A DNA stretch of 60,171 nt, filler included, from Dugesia japonica (taxonomy: Eukaryota), in the NCBI GenBank assembly GCA_001938525.1. It is 5 parts of 5 records of this genome, joined end to end, with 100 filler letters (N's around TTAATTAATTAA, not from the genome) between each part and the next. Parts side by side here need not be neighbours in the genome. Positions count along the whole stretch, not along the records: positions 1 to 19,366 come from MQRL01602963.1; 4 more parts are not named here. One strand, 5' to 3'. How positions within the stretch are numbered: position 1 is the stretch's first letter; each line of letters opens with the position of its first letter. This document shows positions 1-13,061 of this stretch, one piece after another. The notes under the pieces are model-generated. The model did no database searches. It was not told the DNA's origin and saw nothing but the letters and a program-made list of their open reading frames with translations. Made by a program: the position numbers and the translations under genes.

Positions 1-343
1 TATATATTGCATACTATCTTTACATTTTACACACTCTGGATAAAATGTTTTTAATTTGTTGTAATATTTCACTAGGCTGGTGTTTCTAACTTCCTCGAAT
101 ATTAAATAAATAGCTGATTTGATTTGAATAAATTTTGAATCCGGATTTAAATAGAAATTGTTGGTCAAAATTTTCCGCAATTTGGATTTAAAATGCGAAA
201 AATAATAATAATTGATCCCCCATTTTTCCATTTATAATTTTCTTTCGGTATCCACCCGTTTTTCCGGTAGAAATTAATCCGGTTTTGGAATATCTAAAAA
301 AATTAATGTTTATAATTTTATTTTAAAAAAAATAATTCAAAGT

Positions 344-480
344 CTACATGTAAATTATATTTTTTAAGGATCCAAAATTAACATTTAGGATCTCACTCAC
401 AGTTTTCAAGTCTTTGTCATCTTTATAGGCTTTTATTATTCTTTTTTTGTCCACAGCAGAAATCCTGGTAAAATGTAAAA
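344..480 (-). pseudogene. Tc1/IS630-like transposase N-terminal HTH fragment
   Basis: Translation ISAVDKKRIIKAYKDDKDLKTVSEILNVNFGSLKNII resembles the first HTH of Tc1/IS630-type transposases. It is truncated. Confidence 0.45.
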
Positions 481-1916
481 ATTTCAAGAAAAAAAATTTA
501 CTTTGATCGGCTATTTGGGAGCCTGTGGGGCCCCGTTGATTCAGAATCCACATTTGAAATCGTTTCAAAATGCATTTTTAAAAATNNNNATTTTTAAAAA
601 TTATGTATTAACCTTTAAAAACCGTATTACAGTTTAAAAAATTGTATGCGTGCTTATGATTTTGTGTGTGCATACTTGTGCTTATCTTTTTTCTACCCAC
701 TATAATATAAAAAACTTATTAAACTTTAAAAGAAAAATTTACGTTATAAATCACCAATTTTTATTCAATTATATTATACAGAGCCAATCACATCGCGGCA
801 AATTATTATCAGGTTATTTATTTTCTAAATTTACTTATTATTTAGTGTATTCTTATGTAATAAGTTTAAGTTGTGTAAATATATATTATAGTTTTCATAT
901 TTAAAAGTTGACTTTCAACCTGGAGTTCGTCAGTACCCACCAAAAGTTTATAACTCAGAAATATGCCCTACTACTGAAAAAAGTTATCAACCACTGGTGT
1001 AAATTCTCCAGTTTTGAGAAAAAACATAAAACGATTAACACTCATAATACAAACTATGTTATCAATCATTGAAAATATATTTTATTCAAATAATACTGTA
1101 AATTTCATAAAAGCTAGCGTCCTATTCAACGCCAAATGTATAAAAAATGTTTGACTTTGTTTATCATCGCAATTTTCAAAGTTCATGTTACCATTAGCTA
1201 TTAAAAGCTTCATTCATTTGACCAACTTTTCTAACATATATTAATAATTATAACACTAAATGGTCAATGTGTTAAATAAAATATTTTATAATAGAAAAAT
1301 TTCAATTTTTGTTTGGTTTTCACTGTGTTAACTTTTCAATGAACAGCGAAATTTAGTAGAAAATTACATTAAAATTGTTCTAACAAAATCGTTCCGTTTT
1401 GTTTCATACATTAAAAGATTTTAAGTTTCGGATAACTTTACGTTAAANNNNNNNNNNNNNNNNNNNNNNNNNNNNNNNNNNNNNNNNAGTTTCAAAATAA
1501 AATTTAAATAATTTTGTCATTACAAATAATTTAACTTATTTAAACGAACCATAAAAAAGTAAACTTAATTTAAATATTTAATTTTGCAAAAGGTAAAATA
1601 AATTTCTTTTTGAAGTTAATTATTTTTAAAATTAAAATCAAAATGTTATTGTGAAAACATGAAAACAACTAATTAATATAGTTTAATTTAATTTTTTTTT
1701 AAATATTTCCAAGTTTTGAAAAGAGTTTAAAATTTTCATGACAGAATTATGGTTTTAAAATTTAAACTATCATATTATTAATAAATAAAATAACTTTCTA
1801 ATTTCAAATTATGACGTGTGTTTAACTGGATTAATTATTATCTTTATTATTGTAAATCAAATTCAACTTCTATAGATTGCAATACATATTAAAATTTTGT
1901 AATCTTATTATAAGGA

Positions 1917-4900
1917 ATGAACATTATAGGATTATTTTGGTGGATTTTTGTCTTCAAATCATTAGGTAAGTTGAATTTACATATTTTATTATATGTATTA
2001 TTAAACCATGTAGAATGTATAAATATTAAAATCCATCCATTTGAATCGGCTTTTGTTAAATTCTCTGGCGAGAGAGATGATTTCAAAGAAATTATTTATA
2101 AAAATCCATTGGAACATAAACTTAATATCTCTGCTTCCATCGGTAATTTAGTGAAAACTAAAAATCTCGAACCATTAAATTATGTTACGAATGTCTATAC
2201 AGACAAAGCCAGAATATCCATTCAAGCAAATCCATTAATGGACTCATTGATAATTAATGCTATTTGCTTATTTAGTCATGACAATTTAGCATCTTTAGTA
2301 TATCAGAAGATTTGCTGTGAAGTCACAATGAAAAAATTTGGAAAATTTTCCAAAATCTTTGATCACAAATTTTGTACAATGAACGACAATCAAGGCTCAA
2401 GCGCCTGTTCCGTACAATTTATTGTAGCCAAAGACAACTTCGATTTCAGGAATTCATCAGAAGTACAATTGGATATTTCATCACGAGTTTTTGGAACTCA
2501 AGATTCAAAATGTCTTTCAAATGCATCTGATATGATTAATCTCGCTTTTGGATACCCTGCAAAAGTTATTATAATGCAAGATTTGCTTGTTAAATGGGAT
2601 TTAATCGATCAAACAAAGTCTTTTGGAGAATTATTAATAGGAGTTCCTGCTGACGTGATGGAAGCCGGATCAAAATCGGCATTTCCTGTGAAATTGAATT
2701 CAACAATTTCATTTTCAAAATTAGAAATAAAGTAGGTGGAATTTTTTTTAATTTAAAGTTTATTTTCCACTATATATTCAATTTAATAAATAAATATTAT
2801 ATTATAATTGTTAATATATTGAAATATAATTGTTAATATATTGAAATATAATTGTAAATATATTGAGATATAATTATTGGTAAACTTAACTTCAAAAACT
2901 ACATCAGCCATACTATTAGTTGGTTTAACAAAATTAGATATTTTGGCAAATAAGTCATTTAAATCAAAATTGAGAAGTGATTGGGAAATTTTCACGATGA
3001 ACTCGTATATTAAGTATAAAGAATCGGGAATACCTATTAAAAGACTTCTCACGAAGAAATATCTAGTTGGATTAGTGCAACATGGGAAGATGTTTTTGAG
3101 AAAACGAAGAATAATATTGTATTCTGAAGACATAACTTTATTTTCTAATGAAGTTGATGAGGATAAAAGAATTTGCTTTTATGAAGAAAATGCTGATAAT
3201 GAATTTTATGAGTTTCTTATAAACGGTTTCGAATATATTAGCGAAGAGGACTAAATTAAATAAAATTGTTGAGAAATTCATTTATTAATTATTTATATGT
3301 TTTAAATTATTAAAAATAATTTTCTTTAACAAGCCGCAGCTTATAATGGACAAGCAGGGTAATCACATATTTGATTAAAATCCTCAATTTTAATCCACTT
3401 AATTCTCTAATGTGATTTTGATGACCTCCATTATGTAATCTCTGAAGTAAAGAGTTAAAATTTCTGATGCGTGCTTAATTATGCAATCAATTTTTTATAC
3501 AGATTTATTATTAACTATTTTCAGATGTTTTCTTGGTAAAGGCTTGAAATTTTCAGCTACCACATTCGATTCTTCACGATTTAAAGGAAAAGAAGACGAT
3601 GTTTCAGATACTGAGAAAATTATTTCAGTGGAAGAGCCGAGATTTTTAGAAAGTCCTAGGTAAAGGATTTTTTCCTAATTTTACTTTTTTGAATTTCCGA
3701 CATTTTAGTAATGAAAATTCTGTAGAATTATTGATGAATTTATGGATTCAGCATCAAAATACAGTGCAAAAGTATAATCAAGACAACTGGATTAGGTGTA
3801 AAGTAGTAAAAGGGTTTATTGATAAAACAAAACATATNNNNNNNNNNNNNNNNNNNNNNNNNNNNNNNNNNNNNNTTATTCCTGTTCATTTTGGACAGTT
3901 TATAATTTTTCCAATAATGAAGGTAAATCAATAAAATTTATAATTAAATTAAAAATTCAATAAAAAATCTGATTTTTGTTTTAGTAATTTCGAATTTATT
4001 TAATTAGTAATTAATAATAGAATCGGTATTATTGATGATTATTCTATTATATTCTATGATGAAATAATTTCTTACCCAATCAAATCTCAGAAAGCATAGA
4101 CACACAACCGCGAAATCGCTGAACATAGTATAATCGATTAATTTTTGGAAATTAGACATTGACATTAATTTGTTCGATACTCTATTGTGCAATTTGGCAA
4201 ACTTAAGTTTATAATGTCATGCTATTTTAAAAAAATCAATCAATCATTACCATTTCAAATTTAATTAATTTTTTAATGTGGCGTAGAAATAATTTTAAAA
4301 TATAAAATCAAGTTAGATTTCCACTTAAACTGATTTTTAGTAATAATAAATTCTTCGTATGACTTGGCAACACGCATATTTGTGATTCATTGGTCACGAT
4401 TGGTAAAACATTTAACTTCGTGTAACCCTTTTACTAATTAATTAGATTTATCATTTGCATAAGCATCACATGATTTTTTTTCTCTGTTACGTAACACATA
4501 AATGACTATGCTATTAGATAATAGCTGAAACGAGCAAATCAATAGCNAATGTCTATCAGGAAAGCGAATATAGAAATATATAGTCCAGTGACTCATGAAT
4601 AAAATTGATATTTCTACTGTCGGAACAAAATTATGCTTACAGTGAATAATTGATGCCTGTAAAGATATCAACTTACACTTGAGAATCTCTGAAATCCTTC
4701 ATTTTCTTTGTTTTATATTGAATTTTATTCAATCTACACATACTTATATTCTTATTAAAATTTAAACCCATTTTTATTAAATCTCACTAGAAATCGTTTT
4801 ATTTCAAAATTTTATTAATATCTATAATTTTAACATAATATATAAAATTAAAGCGTATTGAATTAGTTTTACAATTATTATGAGAATAATTGTTTGACCT

Positions 4901-7900
4901 CATTATTGGTCGTATTTGAGATTAAATTAAATTAAACGCTTCGATCNAAATATTATTTCATATAAATTAAATATTTTGAGAAATAATTGAATTAATAAAT
5001 AAATAAAAATGAAAACAATAGTTGTCCAAAAAGGTAAAAATTGTGAAGTTAAAAAAGTTAAATTTTCAATAAATTAAAAAGTTTAAATCAAAATGATGGT
5101 GTTTTTTATTTCTTTTTAGTTGCTAGTAATTCGAATTTTCGACAATTGTCGTCTTCAGGAATTGACTTTTTGATTTATTAAAGATTTATTTATTGAAATA
5201 AAAATATTTGGAATTTATTTTATTGAATTTTAATTGGTTTATTTATTTAATTAGTATAAATTAGATTGATTTTAGGTTTTTCTTCTTTAATTAGTAATTT
5301 TCATGTTTCTTTTTGTCAATTGTGTGGAAATATAGTCTGTTCCTAGCGTTTATCATGTTATATTATGCTGTTCTGATGAAATTTTTTTTTGTTGCTTAAT
5401 TCATGTTCCAACAGTTCTGCATATTTCAACTATACATATTTCTTTACATATAGTGCATGCTATTTTAAAAATGTCGCACCAAACTATAAACAAAAATGAA
5501 AAACTGGAAAAGATATAATTAATTCGTAAATTAAAAATTTGTATAATAATATATAAATACTTCGATTTTTGGCACCGCGAACCAAAAAAGTTTGGTAACC
5601 ACTGTCCTATATAATCTATATATTATCAGGAAACCTAGTAATTTCAATTCAGATCAAAGTGCTAACGAAGTCTACAGTTATTATCAATAAATTAAAATAA
5701 ACTCATTCACCACTCAGTCATTCTATAAATAAGCAGTCTAAATAAGTATAGAGTAAAAATCAATGAAAAATTTTCCATTTTTTAATTTTTATTAATGAAA
5801 ACATTTTTTCTTTAATTATTAATTTCACTTGACGTTAAAAATTTTCATTCATAGAAAATAGAAAACTTTTTGAAGTGAATTTAAAATTTAAAATATATCA
5901 AATTGATGAATTAACGAAATCACTTTAACCCATTATCCCCAGTCGTCCCTATTTGAGGACGGATGAAAATAAAAACGTATGGACTTTACTATGAGCGGAT
6001 CATGATTTTCTTTAATTATGACCTCGTCTATAAAAACAAACGAAGCGATATGTAGCTTTATCTCACCTCCCTTTAAATATTTTAGTGCTTTACAGTCTGT
6101 ATTGGAACGCTATTTATTATCAATTGACGATGTTTATTATTATTGATCAATTTCCCCTTCGGCGTTAATGAGTTAATAGTTTAATAATTTGCTACTGCTA
6201 CTTCAATAACTCTTTAATTTCAAAAATATTTCATTTTTCGAAATCTATATTAACACATTTCATGCATGTATTTCACGTATATATTTGAGCATATCCATAG
6301 ATAGTCTGCTAAGGAGGTCGCATTTTGGTATTCTTTTCATAGAAGATGTGAATGGCTCTGTTTCTTGCTGGTTTGAAGTGATTCATCATTAACTCAATAC
6401 AAATAAATACTTTAATGTGACCCACACTACAACGATAGACTGTAAAAATACGTTAAAGTACATTTTCTACAATGTAGAATCTACATGCAATCTGTTAACT
6501 ACATTCCATTGTTATTATTAAAATGGGTAAACTGATATTTCAAAAGAAAAAAATGATTAATTTATTATTTAAGATTACATTTATTTTTTACTCACAAACT
6601 CATTTGATCTAAATATTTGTTTTCCGTTTAGCATTGATCTAAATATAACAAATAGCCTTTTTTTAGAATTCGGTATATTTTTCTATTCTCAATCCAGTCT
6701 TGGGTCCTATTGTAATCGAGAAAAACAATTACAAAATTTTATCAGCATATCAAATTGGTGATTACTCCTTTTCTGATATAAGCGAGAAAACTAAATGCCA
6801 GCCAATTTCAAAATCTGTGTTGCGATGTCCATTTGATAATGATTTACCTGTAAATACTAAAATGGAAGTTGTTCAAAAACCAAATTGGAATGTTATTCTC
6901 TCTTTGCTTAGCTGGAGAAAATTGGTAACCATTCCAATCGAGTTATGGCAAGCGGTTGATTGGAGATTAGATATAACAGATCGTAATTTGAATGAAATTT
7001 CTAATTGGAATTATAAAAGAAAGTTAGTTCATTTTTCCACTATTCAATTCATGGAATTGCAATTAGAATAATTTTTTACGGAGTTATATAAATCATTAAA
7101 ATATAATAGATTTAATTTTTAGCCGATACTATCTTAAATATTGTTAAAATATTGTTAAATTTATTGTATAGAGGTCATGTAAAATAAAAAACTTCCCATT
7201 CGATATAAAAGTAAAAATTTCAGTAATAAGTAATATTTTCCTGATGCATCTAGTATTCCTCTTACTTTACTTGTATATCGAGATTTCCTCCTATCTTATT
7301 CATTATTGTACAATTGTGATAAATGGTTAACATTTCAAATGGAGTATGTATAAATTTTTTAGACTAAATATTTTTAATTAAAAAATATTACTTTATTTGT
7401 GATAAACGAAAACAGCAGTTTATATACAAATTTTGCAATTTAATAGTATTTAATGATATTTTAAATTGATTGTGAAAATTTCAGAATGTGATGTAATAAT
7501 TTGTATTGTTGTGATATGATGCAAAATTTTGAGTTCAGGCGAAAATGAGAGGTTTAACAACGTTTTTGTTTCAATCAAACTTTGATCATATTTGTTGGGA
7601 AGCATTATAGAAGAATGATGATAATTTATTTTTGACATTTAATTGTTTAAATGATTAAAAAGTAAACACAAATCATATATTTTATTAAAATCAATTTTTG
7701 AATTTATCATTTCATTAACAAATATAACTATTAATATAATAATTGTTGATCAGAACCATTTATTTCATTTTTCAATTTTTGACAATGTCTTAAGGAATTC
7801 ACATTTGTACTCAGTGTTGACTTGAATATTATTGAGGGTTATTTCTCGACGTAGAAGATTTTTATTATTGAACCTTAACCAATAAATAAGGAGAAATAAA

Positions 7901-10900
7901 TTGAATTGACTATTAAATATGAGTTTAATTTGAATATTTTTAAAAAGATGTGAAGTTATTTGAATCATTATTTAAACAAAATATTTTATTATAATTTTAT
8001 TGAGAAAATTGGACTTGTTTAATTTGATCTAAATTTGATAATACAATTTGGTAAATACTTTATTCCAGTATTGAATTCTCCGTCAACGCTTATACTAAGT
8101 TGAGTACACTTCGGAAGTTATGCACCTTCGGTGCTCATTAGTACAAAATATAGTCCACCACTTCAAACATTGGTTTATATATGTTAGTGTTATGTGAATT
8201 AGTACTTTTAACTCCTCTTCGATGTATCTGCCTTAATAATTGTATGGAGTGTTAATTATTATATCGTTGTCATTAATATTTATCGAACTGTTTGTCGTGA
8301 CGTATGAATACGTGTTATTGTTTGAATGATTTGAAAAAGAAATAAAATGAAACCTTTGCTTTTTATGTTTAAGAAACGCTATTTCAAACAAATTATATTC
8401 ATAAGTTTTATTAATTACCATTTATGTCAGTTTCAGAAACATGAATAAAGATTAAAATTTTTTGGTCTCAAATACTTATCTTTTAAAATCGTCTCGGCAC
8501 TGCAAGGTGTCAAAACCATTAAAGATTATGAAATTCTTTAGTAAAATGAAGTTATTAAGATTATCAAGAACATTAACAAAAAAAGTAAAAATATTTAATA
8601 GGTAACATTTATTGTTTTGAAATGCACATGAATGAATAGCAGAGTTGTTGAACAAAGACTAATTTCAAACTAAACGGAGTATAATCAAAATATTTTCACA
8701 TCAAACTGTAGTATCAATTGAAACAATGAGTTTTAATGAGAATTGAAACGTATCCAAACACCAGATGAGGTGACGTTTCAGTTCTCATTAAGAATCACTG
8801 ATTGAAATAAGAGAATTCTGAATATTTGAAATATGAACATGTAGATCTGAAATTACTGTATTGATTAATAAAGATTGATTTTTAATTTAAGAGTTTATTA
8901 TTTTGTGTGAGAATTAGAAATTTCTGATAAAAATCAACAAAATTTTAGGAAATAACTAAAACCTGCATTCAATCTTTTCCATTGTTTTAATTATCAGATT
9001 TTTCAAAAGGACTCGAATTGACCGTTTAAATCAGAGGTGCCCAAATAAATCAGAGCCAAATAATAATTTTCAGAACTTTTCACGGGCTAAGGATACAAAT
9101 TGTTTAGAATTTTAAAAGTACATTATTACCGCTTAGAATTCTGTTAAAACAGAAATTTACTCATGTTCAACAAAAATGCATTAAGTAGATATTTGATCTA
9201 ATTATATTTTAGGAGATGTAACAAACTGTTTCAATGCTAATATATACTTATACATTAACATCAAATTTTACATTGATTCACGAGCTAGAAAATCACAAGT
9301 GGTGAGCCAGATTTGACCCAGAAACCGGACATTAAACACCTCTGGTTTAAATATTTATTAGAAAATAAATTTTATAGTTTATTAATGTAGTTAAATTAGC
9401 AAAAGCAAATTTAAAATAATATATCATTTTTCTTTCAATTTCAACATTTAATTTTTATACATAAAAAATTAATTAATAAATATATATTTTAAAAAACAAT
9501 TCAATATTTAAGAATATAAAGAAATTCCGCTGCACAATTGGTTATGTTACGCAAAATATATCTAAAATAACCCGAACCGTCTAAAGCTGTAACATTGTTA
9601 ACTTCTTGAATAAATTCCGAGAGAAAACCTGATTTCCCCTCTCTTAATATTTTATTTTTTGAAATGCGTTTTCAATTGGATTCAGCATATACGAATAAGG
9701 TAATAAAAATTTATATTCATATCCCTAATCCACAGTTATTCTTTGAATATCATTTCGTTTATGTATTGTCTAAAATAAAACTAGTATTTTCGATCTTTAG
9801 ATTGTTTTTCAAATGTAAACATAATTTCAATACATACTCAGAAAAAATATTCGAATTAACTATTAACTCGGAAATATATATAAATATGTTAAAATCATAA
9901 CTAAAAAATTAAAATACTAACTTTTTTACTCTGTAAATCTAATTTTAGAAATGTGTTAAGTACGGAGTTACTAGTTATAATTTATTAAAAAAATTTTTTG
10001 TGAACTAGGTTGTTTATTTACAAATTTTTAAATCAGTAGTTTTTCTTAATTGGAATATTAATTTCTAATGAAATTCAATTAATTAAAATATTTTGATAAT
10101 AAAATTGAAAATTTTCATTGTCAATAAATCGACTCATGAAAAAACATGAAATAGTAGGACTTAAATAAGATAAAAGTGAAGTCATTGTGTTTATTNATTT
10201 TGTGTAATTATCAAATAATGTTTTGATTTTATATCTTAATATTGATTTACGTGATTTATTGACTGAGAACTATCAACGGAGGTCGCTAGGTGATATAATG
10301 TAATCAATAATAATCCTATTGTGATTGCTGATTGATTATTAATAACTAATCCATATTATATAATGACTATATAATTTTTTTTGACTTTTCATGGTAATCT
10401 AATACGTCATGCACATTTTTTTTAGAAATTGAGATTTAATGCCTCAGTTCTCATTGGCTATATAAATTTTCCAAAATGACTCATTTACTGATAGCATCTT
10501 TTAAAAAAAAATTATCTAAAGAGTTCGGCTAACCCATTACTTAATGACAATATTAGTCTACTTTATAAAATCGATTAATATTCTTATTTTGTTTTGAATT
10601 ATTAAATAGTAAAATAATGAATAATATTACAGATCAAATTATAAATGCAGACCTGTATATCAAATCACTAGATCAAAATTGTTGGCCAGGTATAATAATA
10701 ATGATNNNNNNNNNNNNNNNNNNNNNTTATTGTTTTTAATAGATTAAAAGCAGATAATTACATTTCTGATAAATCTTATTTTGGACAAAGTGAGTATGAT
10801 CAAACTCCTTTGTTAGATATGTCAGGACAAATAGGAAGTGATAATATTCAATTTTCAAACAGAAATATTGGTGTTACTATTGATAATGGAGTAATGCTTT

Positions 10901-12480
10901 TTAAGGTCAACAATATTGGTTCGTCAGATCTGTCTATTGTTGATAACCAAGGTAAAAAAGTTGTCATTGAGCTTATTCATGCATCAGAACAAAGTGTGAG
11001 CATCATAGATATGGATATCTCTTGTATTCACGATATAAATATCAATAGACCAGTGACGTCAGATGAACTTCCTTTTCATAAAATTTCGATTAATTATGAA
11101 CCATCAAAGACACCGAATGAAAGCTGTTATTTCAATATAATCTTGATATTCAGTGACAATACAAAATCAAATTTGTTGGATTATAAACACACCCAATTTG
11201 AATTGAAATTAATTCACAGTGAAAACTCTATAACCATTGAAAATCTTGAAAATTATTTATATGAGCCTTTTCAATACAAAGAACCCGGAATATTTAAAAT
11301 CCAACTATATGAATCTAAACAATGCTCTCCGCAACAATTAATATTTGCAAAAAATGTAAATTTATATGCAAGAAAATCAGAACATAAAACAATTTCAACT
11401 AAAAAATCAGATTCGATTGTCACTGATCAAATAACTTCAACAAAACCATCAAAAAAACCGTATTTCTCTACACGCTCCATTGATCAGCAATCAACAGTTA
11501 CTACAAATAAAGGAATAGATACGGAAACTATATTTCTAACAATGAAAATATTAATTGGTTTGGTTGTTCTTGTCGTATTGATCGTTGCATTCAACTTTAT
11601 AATAAAATTTCGAAATCGAAAAAGTGCTTGTTTACTTGACCGCCAATTAAATAATTGTCAAATTTATGGACAAGTTGAAAAATTAACAACAAGTGCATAC
11701 GTTCCTGTAGATATTACAAGCCAGAACTCTAATAATCAACATCCACCATTACTTCCTCCTCCTGGACCGTTGTATAATTCTTCAAACTCTTCACAGATTG
11801 ACCTGGCTGTAAATGCTACTCCTGACAGGTTTTGGGATTTATCCCGTACAGTGGATAGTTCTGACAGGAAAATGGCATCTAATCATATGTTATTAGGCAT
11901 ACAAATGAATGCTTTCAATGGACAAGGTCATTCAGTTACTTTTCCAAATATATTTTCTAATAGTAGAGCTTCGTCGTCTCCTCACAGTGATCAAGTTGAT
12001 TATTCAAAGCTTTCTCACTCGAGACCTATGCAACCTTCACAAAATGAATATAATTATCCGCCTGGTTCCATACATGATAGTGATTCTTTAGCCTCAGTAT
12101 CAGGTAGTAAAACATCTAGTCAAATTGCTGTAATGGTGCCTCCATGTCCACCTCTAAGATGGAATAATAATTGGAATACCAGTCAATTTCCAGTTTACTT
12201 TCCAAATGATAAGGACGTTAATATAGATCCATCAATATCACAATTTTCCAACGAGCAAAGCAGTCAAATAAGTTTAACACCCAGCCATAGTAGTTCTTGG
12301 GAAATTAAACAGCCTCTAATATTACCCCCGTTGGGATTCAATTCAATTGATAATGTTTGTGAAAAGAGTAGCGGTTTAGGAAGTTTGACAAGTACTCAAC
12401 CGGGATCTGACTGCAGCAAAAAAGAGTCCACTCATACCAATTCTCCTAAAGTAAATAGCAACTACTCCACAACTCATTGA
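1917..12480 (+). CDS. Predicted 7-exon type I single-pass membrane protein (~1088 aa), uncharacterised
   Basis: Exons 1917-1965, 2014-2731, 3525-3659, 3709-3922 (contains an N gap), 6667-7022, 10633-10689, 10743-12480. All introns are GT..AG with matching phases (1,2,2,0,2,2); total 3267 nt = 1089 codons. Spliced N-terminus MNIIGLFWWIFVFKSLEC is signal-peptide-like. TM ILIGLVVLVVLIVAFNFII (11548-11604) is followed by KFRNRK and a Ser/Pro-rich tail. AATAAA at 12644. Additional exons in the long introns cannot be excluded. Confidence 0.75.
2014..2731 (+). CDS. Exon 2 of the membrane-protein gene (ectodomain)
   Basis: Open frame between TAG acceptor at 2011-2013 (48-nt intron starting GTAAG at 1966) and donor GTAGGT at 2732. 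Confidence 0.75.
3525..3922 (+). CDS. Exons 3 (3525-3659) and 4 (3709-3922) of the membrane-protein gene
   Basis: TTTTCAG acceptor, 49-nt GTAAAG..TTTTAG intron, GTAAAT donor at 3923. Phases match the neighbouring exons. Confidence 0.7.
4868..5167 (-). mobile_element. Dispersed repeat carrying a hammerhead ribozyme (Penelope-like pLTR candidate), copy 1
   Basis: Shares ACAATTATT(A/G)TGAGAATAATTGTT..GA..(GCTTCGATC) with 31108-31174, 39805-39937 and (reverse) 27641-27765. The HHR is at its 5' end; ~145-bp insertion inside. Confidence 0.6.
5128..5163 (-). ncRNA. Minimal type I hammerhead ribozyme
   Basis: Minus strand: AAUUC-CUGAAGA-C-GAC AAUU GUC-GAAA-AUUC-GAAUU. Intact CUGANGA/GAAA/UH core, 5-bp stem I, 3-bp stem II, palindromic AAUU stem III. 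Confidence 0.7.
5929..6172. mobile_element. piggyBac-like MITE
   Basis: TTAA|CCCATTA ... TAATGAG|TTAA: TTAA TSD with short imperfect TIRs. Confidence 0.55.
6667..7022 (+). CDS. Exon 5 of the membrane-protein gene
   Basis: Poly-T/TAG acceptor ending 6666, open frame NSVYFSILNPVLGPIV..WNYKRK, GTTAGT donor at 7023. Confidence 0.7.
8082..8304 (+). mobile_element. 5S rRNA-headed SINE-like element, internally deleted copy
   Basis: GTCAACGCTTATACTAAGTTGAGTACAC..TCGGAAGTTA..TTAGTAC head. Body (CTCTTCGATGTATCTGCCTTA) and 3' end TGTTTGTCGTGACGTA match the 35084-35458 copy. Confidence 0.65.
9032..9344. mobile_element. hAT (Charlie-like) MITE
   Basis: CAGAGGTG..CACCTCTG TIRs and a perfect 8-bp TSD GTTTAAAT (9024-9031, 9345-9352). 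Confidence 0.85.
10633..12480 (+). CDS. Exons 6 (10633-10689) and 7 (10743-12480): juxtamembrane region, TM helix and cytoplasmic tail
   Basis: The 556-aa ORF extends in frame to the acceptor at 10742. Contains the TM helix, basic stop-transfer motif and PPLLPPPGP, YGQV, YNYPP motifs. Confidence 0.8.
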
Positions 12481-13061
12481 GTCAAATATCACTGCATCAA
12501 AATTTTTTCGGAGATAATAAAATATTCCGACATTTCAGCTGAACTTAATAGATTCAACCTACCACTTGGCATAATTGAATGAAGGCAGTTGTTGTCTATT
12601 GCAACCAGCAATCTTTTGTACAAACTGTAAATTATTTTTTTACAATAAATTTAGATACTATTTCAAATACTTTATTAATGATTTATTGTTATCATATTTA
12701 ATATAATTGTTAAGACAGGTTGAATTTTACACTGAAATACTGCACATTTCACCTTGAAATTTCCCGTTTGAAAATATAATTGAAAATAAAAATTTTTTAC
12801 GTATAAAAAATAAGAATGTTTTCTAAATTTAAAGACTTTTTAATAGAAAAAAGTAATTATAAAAGTTATTCAATAACTTTTAGAAAAATCTGANNNNNNN
12901 NNNNNNNNNNNNNNNNNNNNNNNNNNNNNNNNNNNNNNNNNNNNNNNNNNNNNNNNNNNNNNNNNNNNNNNNNNNNNNNNNNNNNNNNNNNNNNNNNNNN
13001 NNNNNNNNNNNNNNNNNNNNNAAAAAAAAATTCCATCCTCTAATCATCATATATTCTAAAT

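Noticed and set aside
901-940. CTGACGA..GAAAGTC on the minus strand (HHR-like)
   Set aside because: Stem I does not pair and stem II only forms by consuming core A9.
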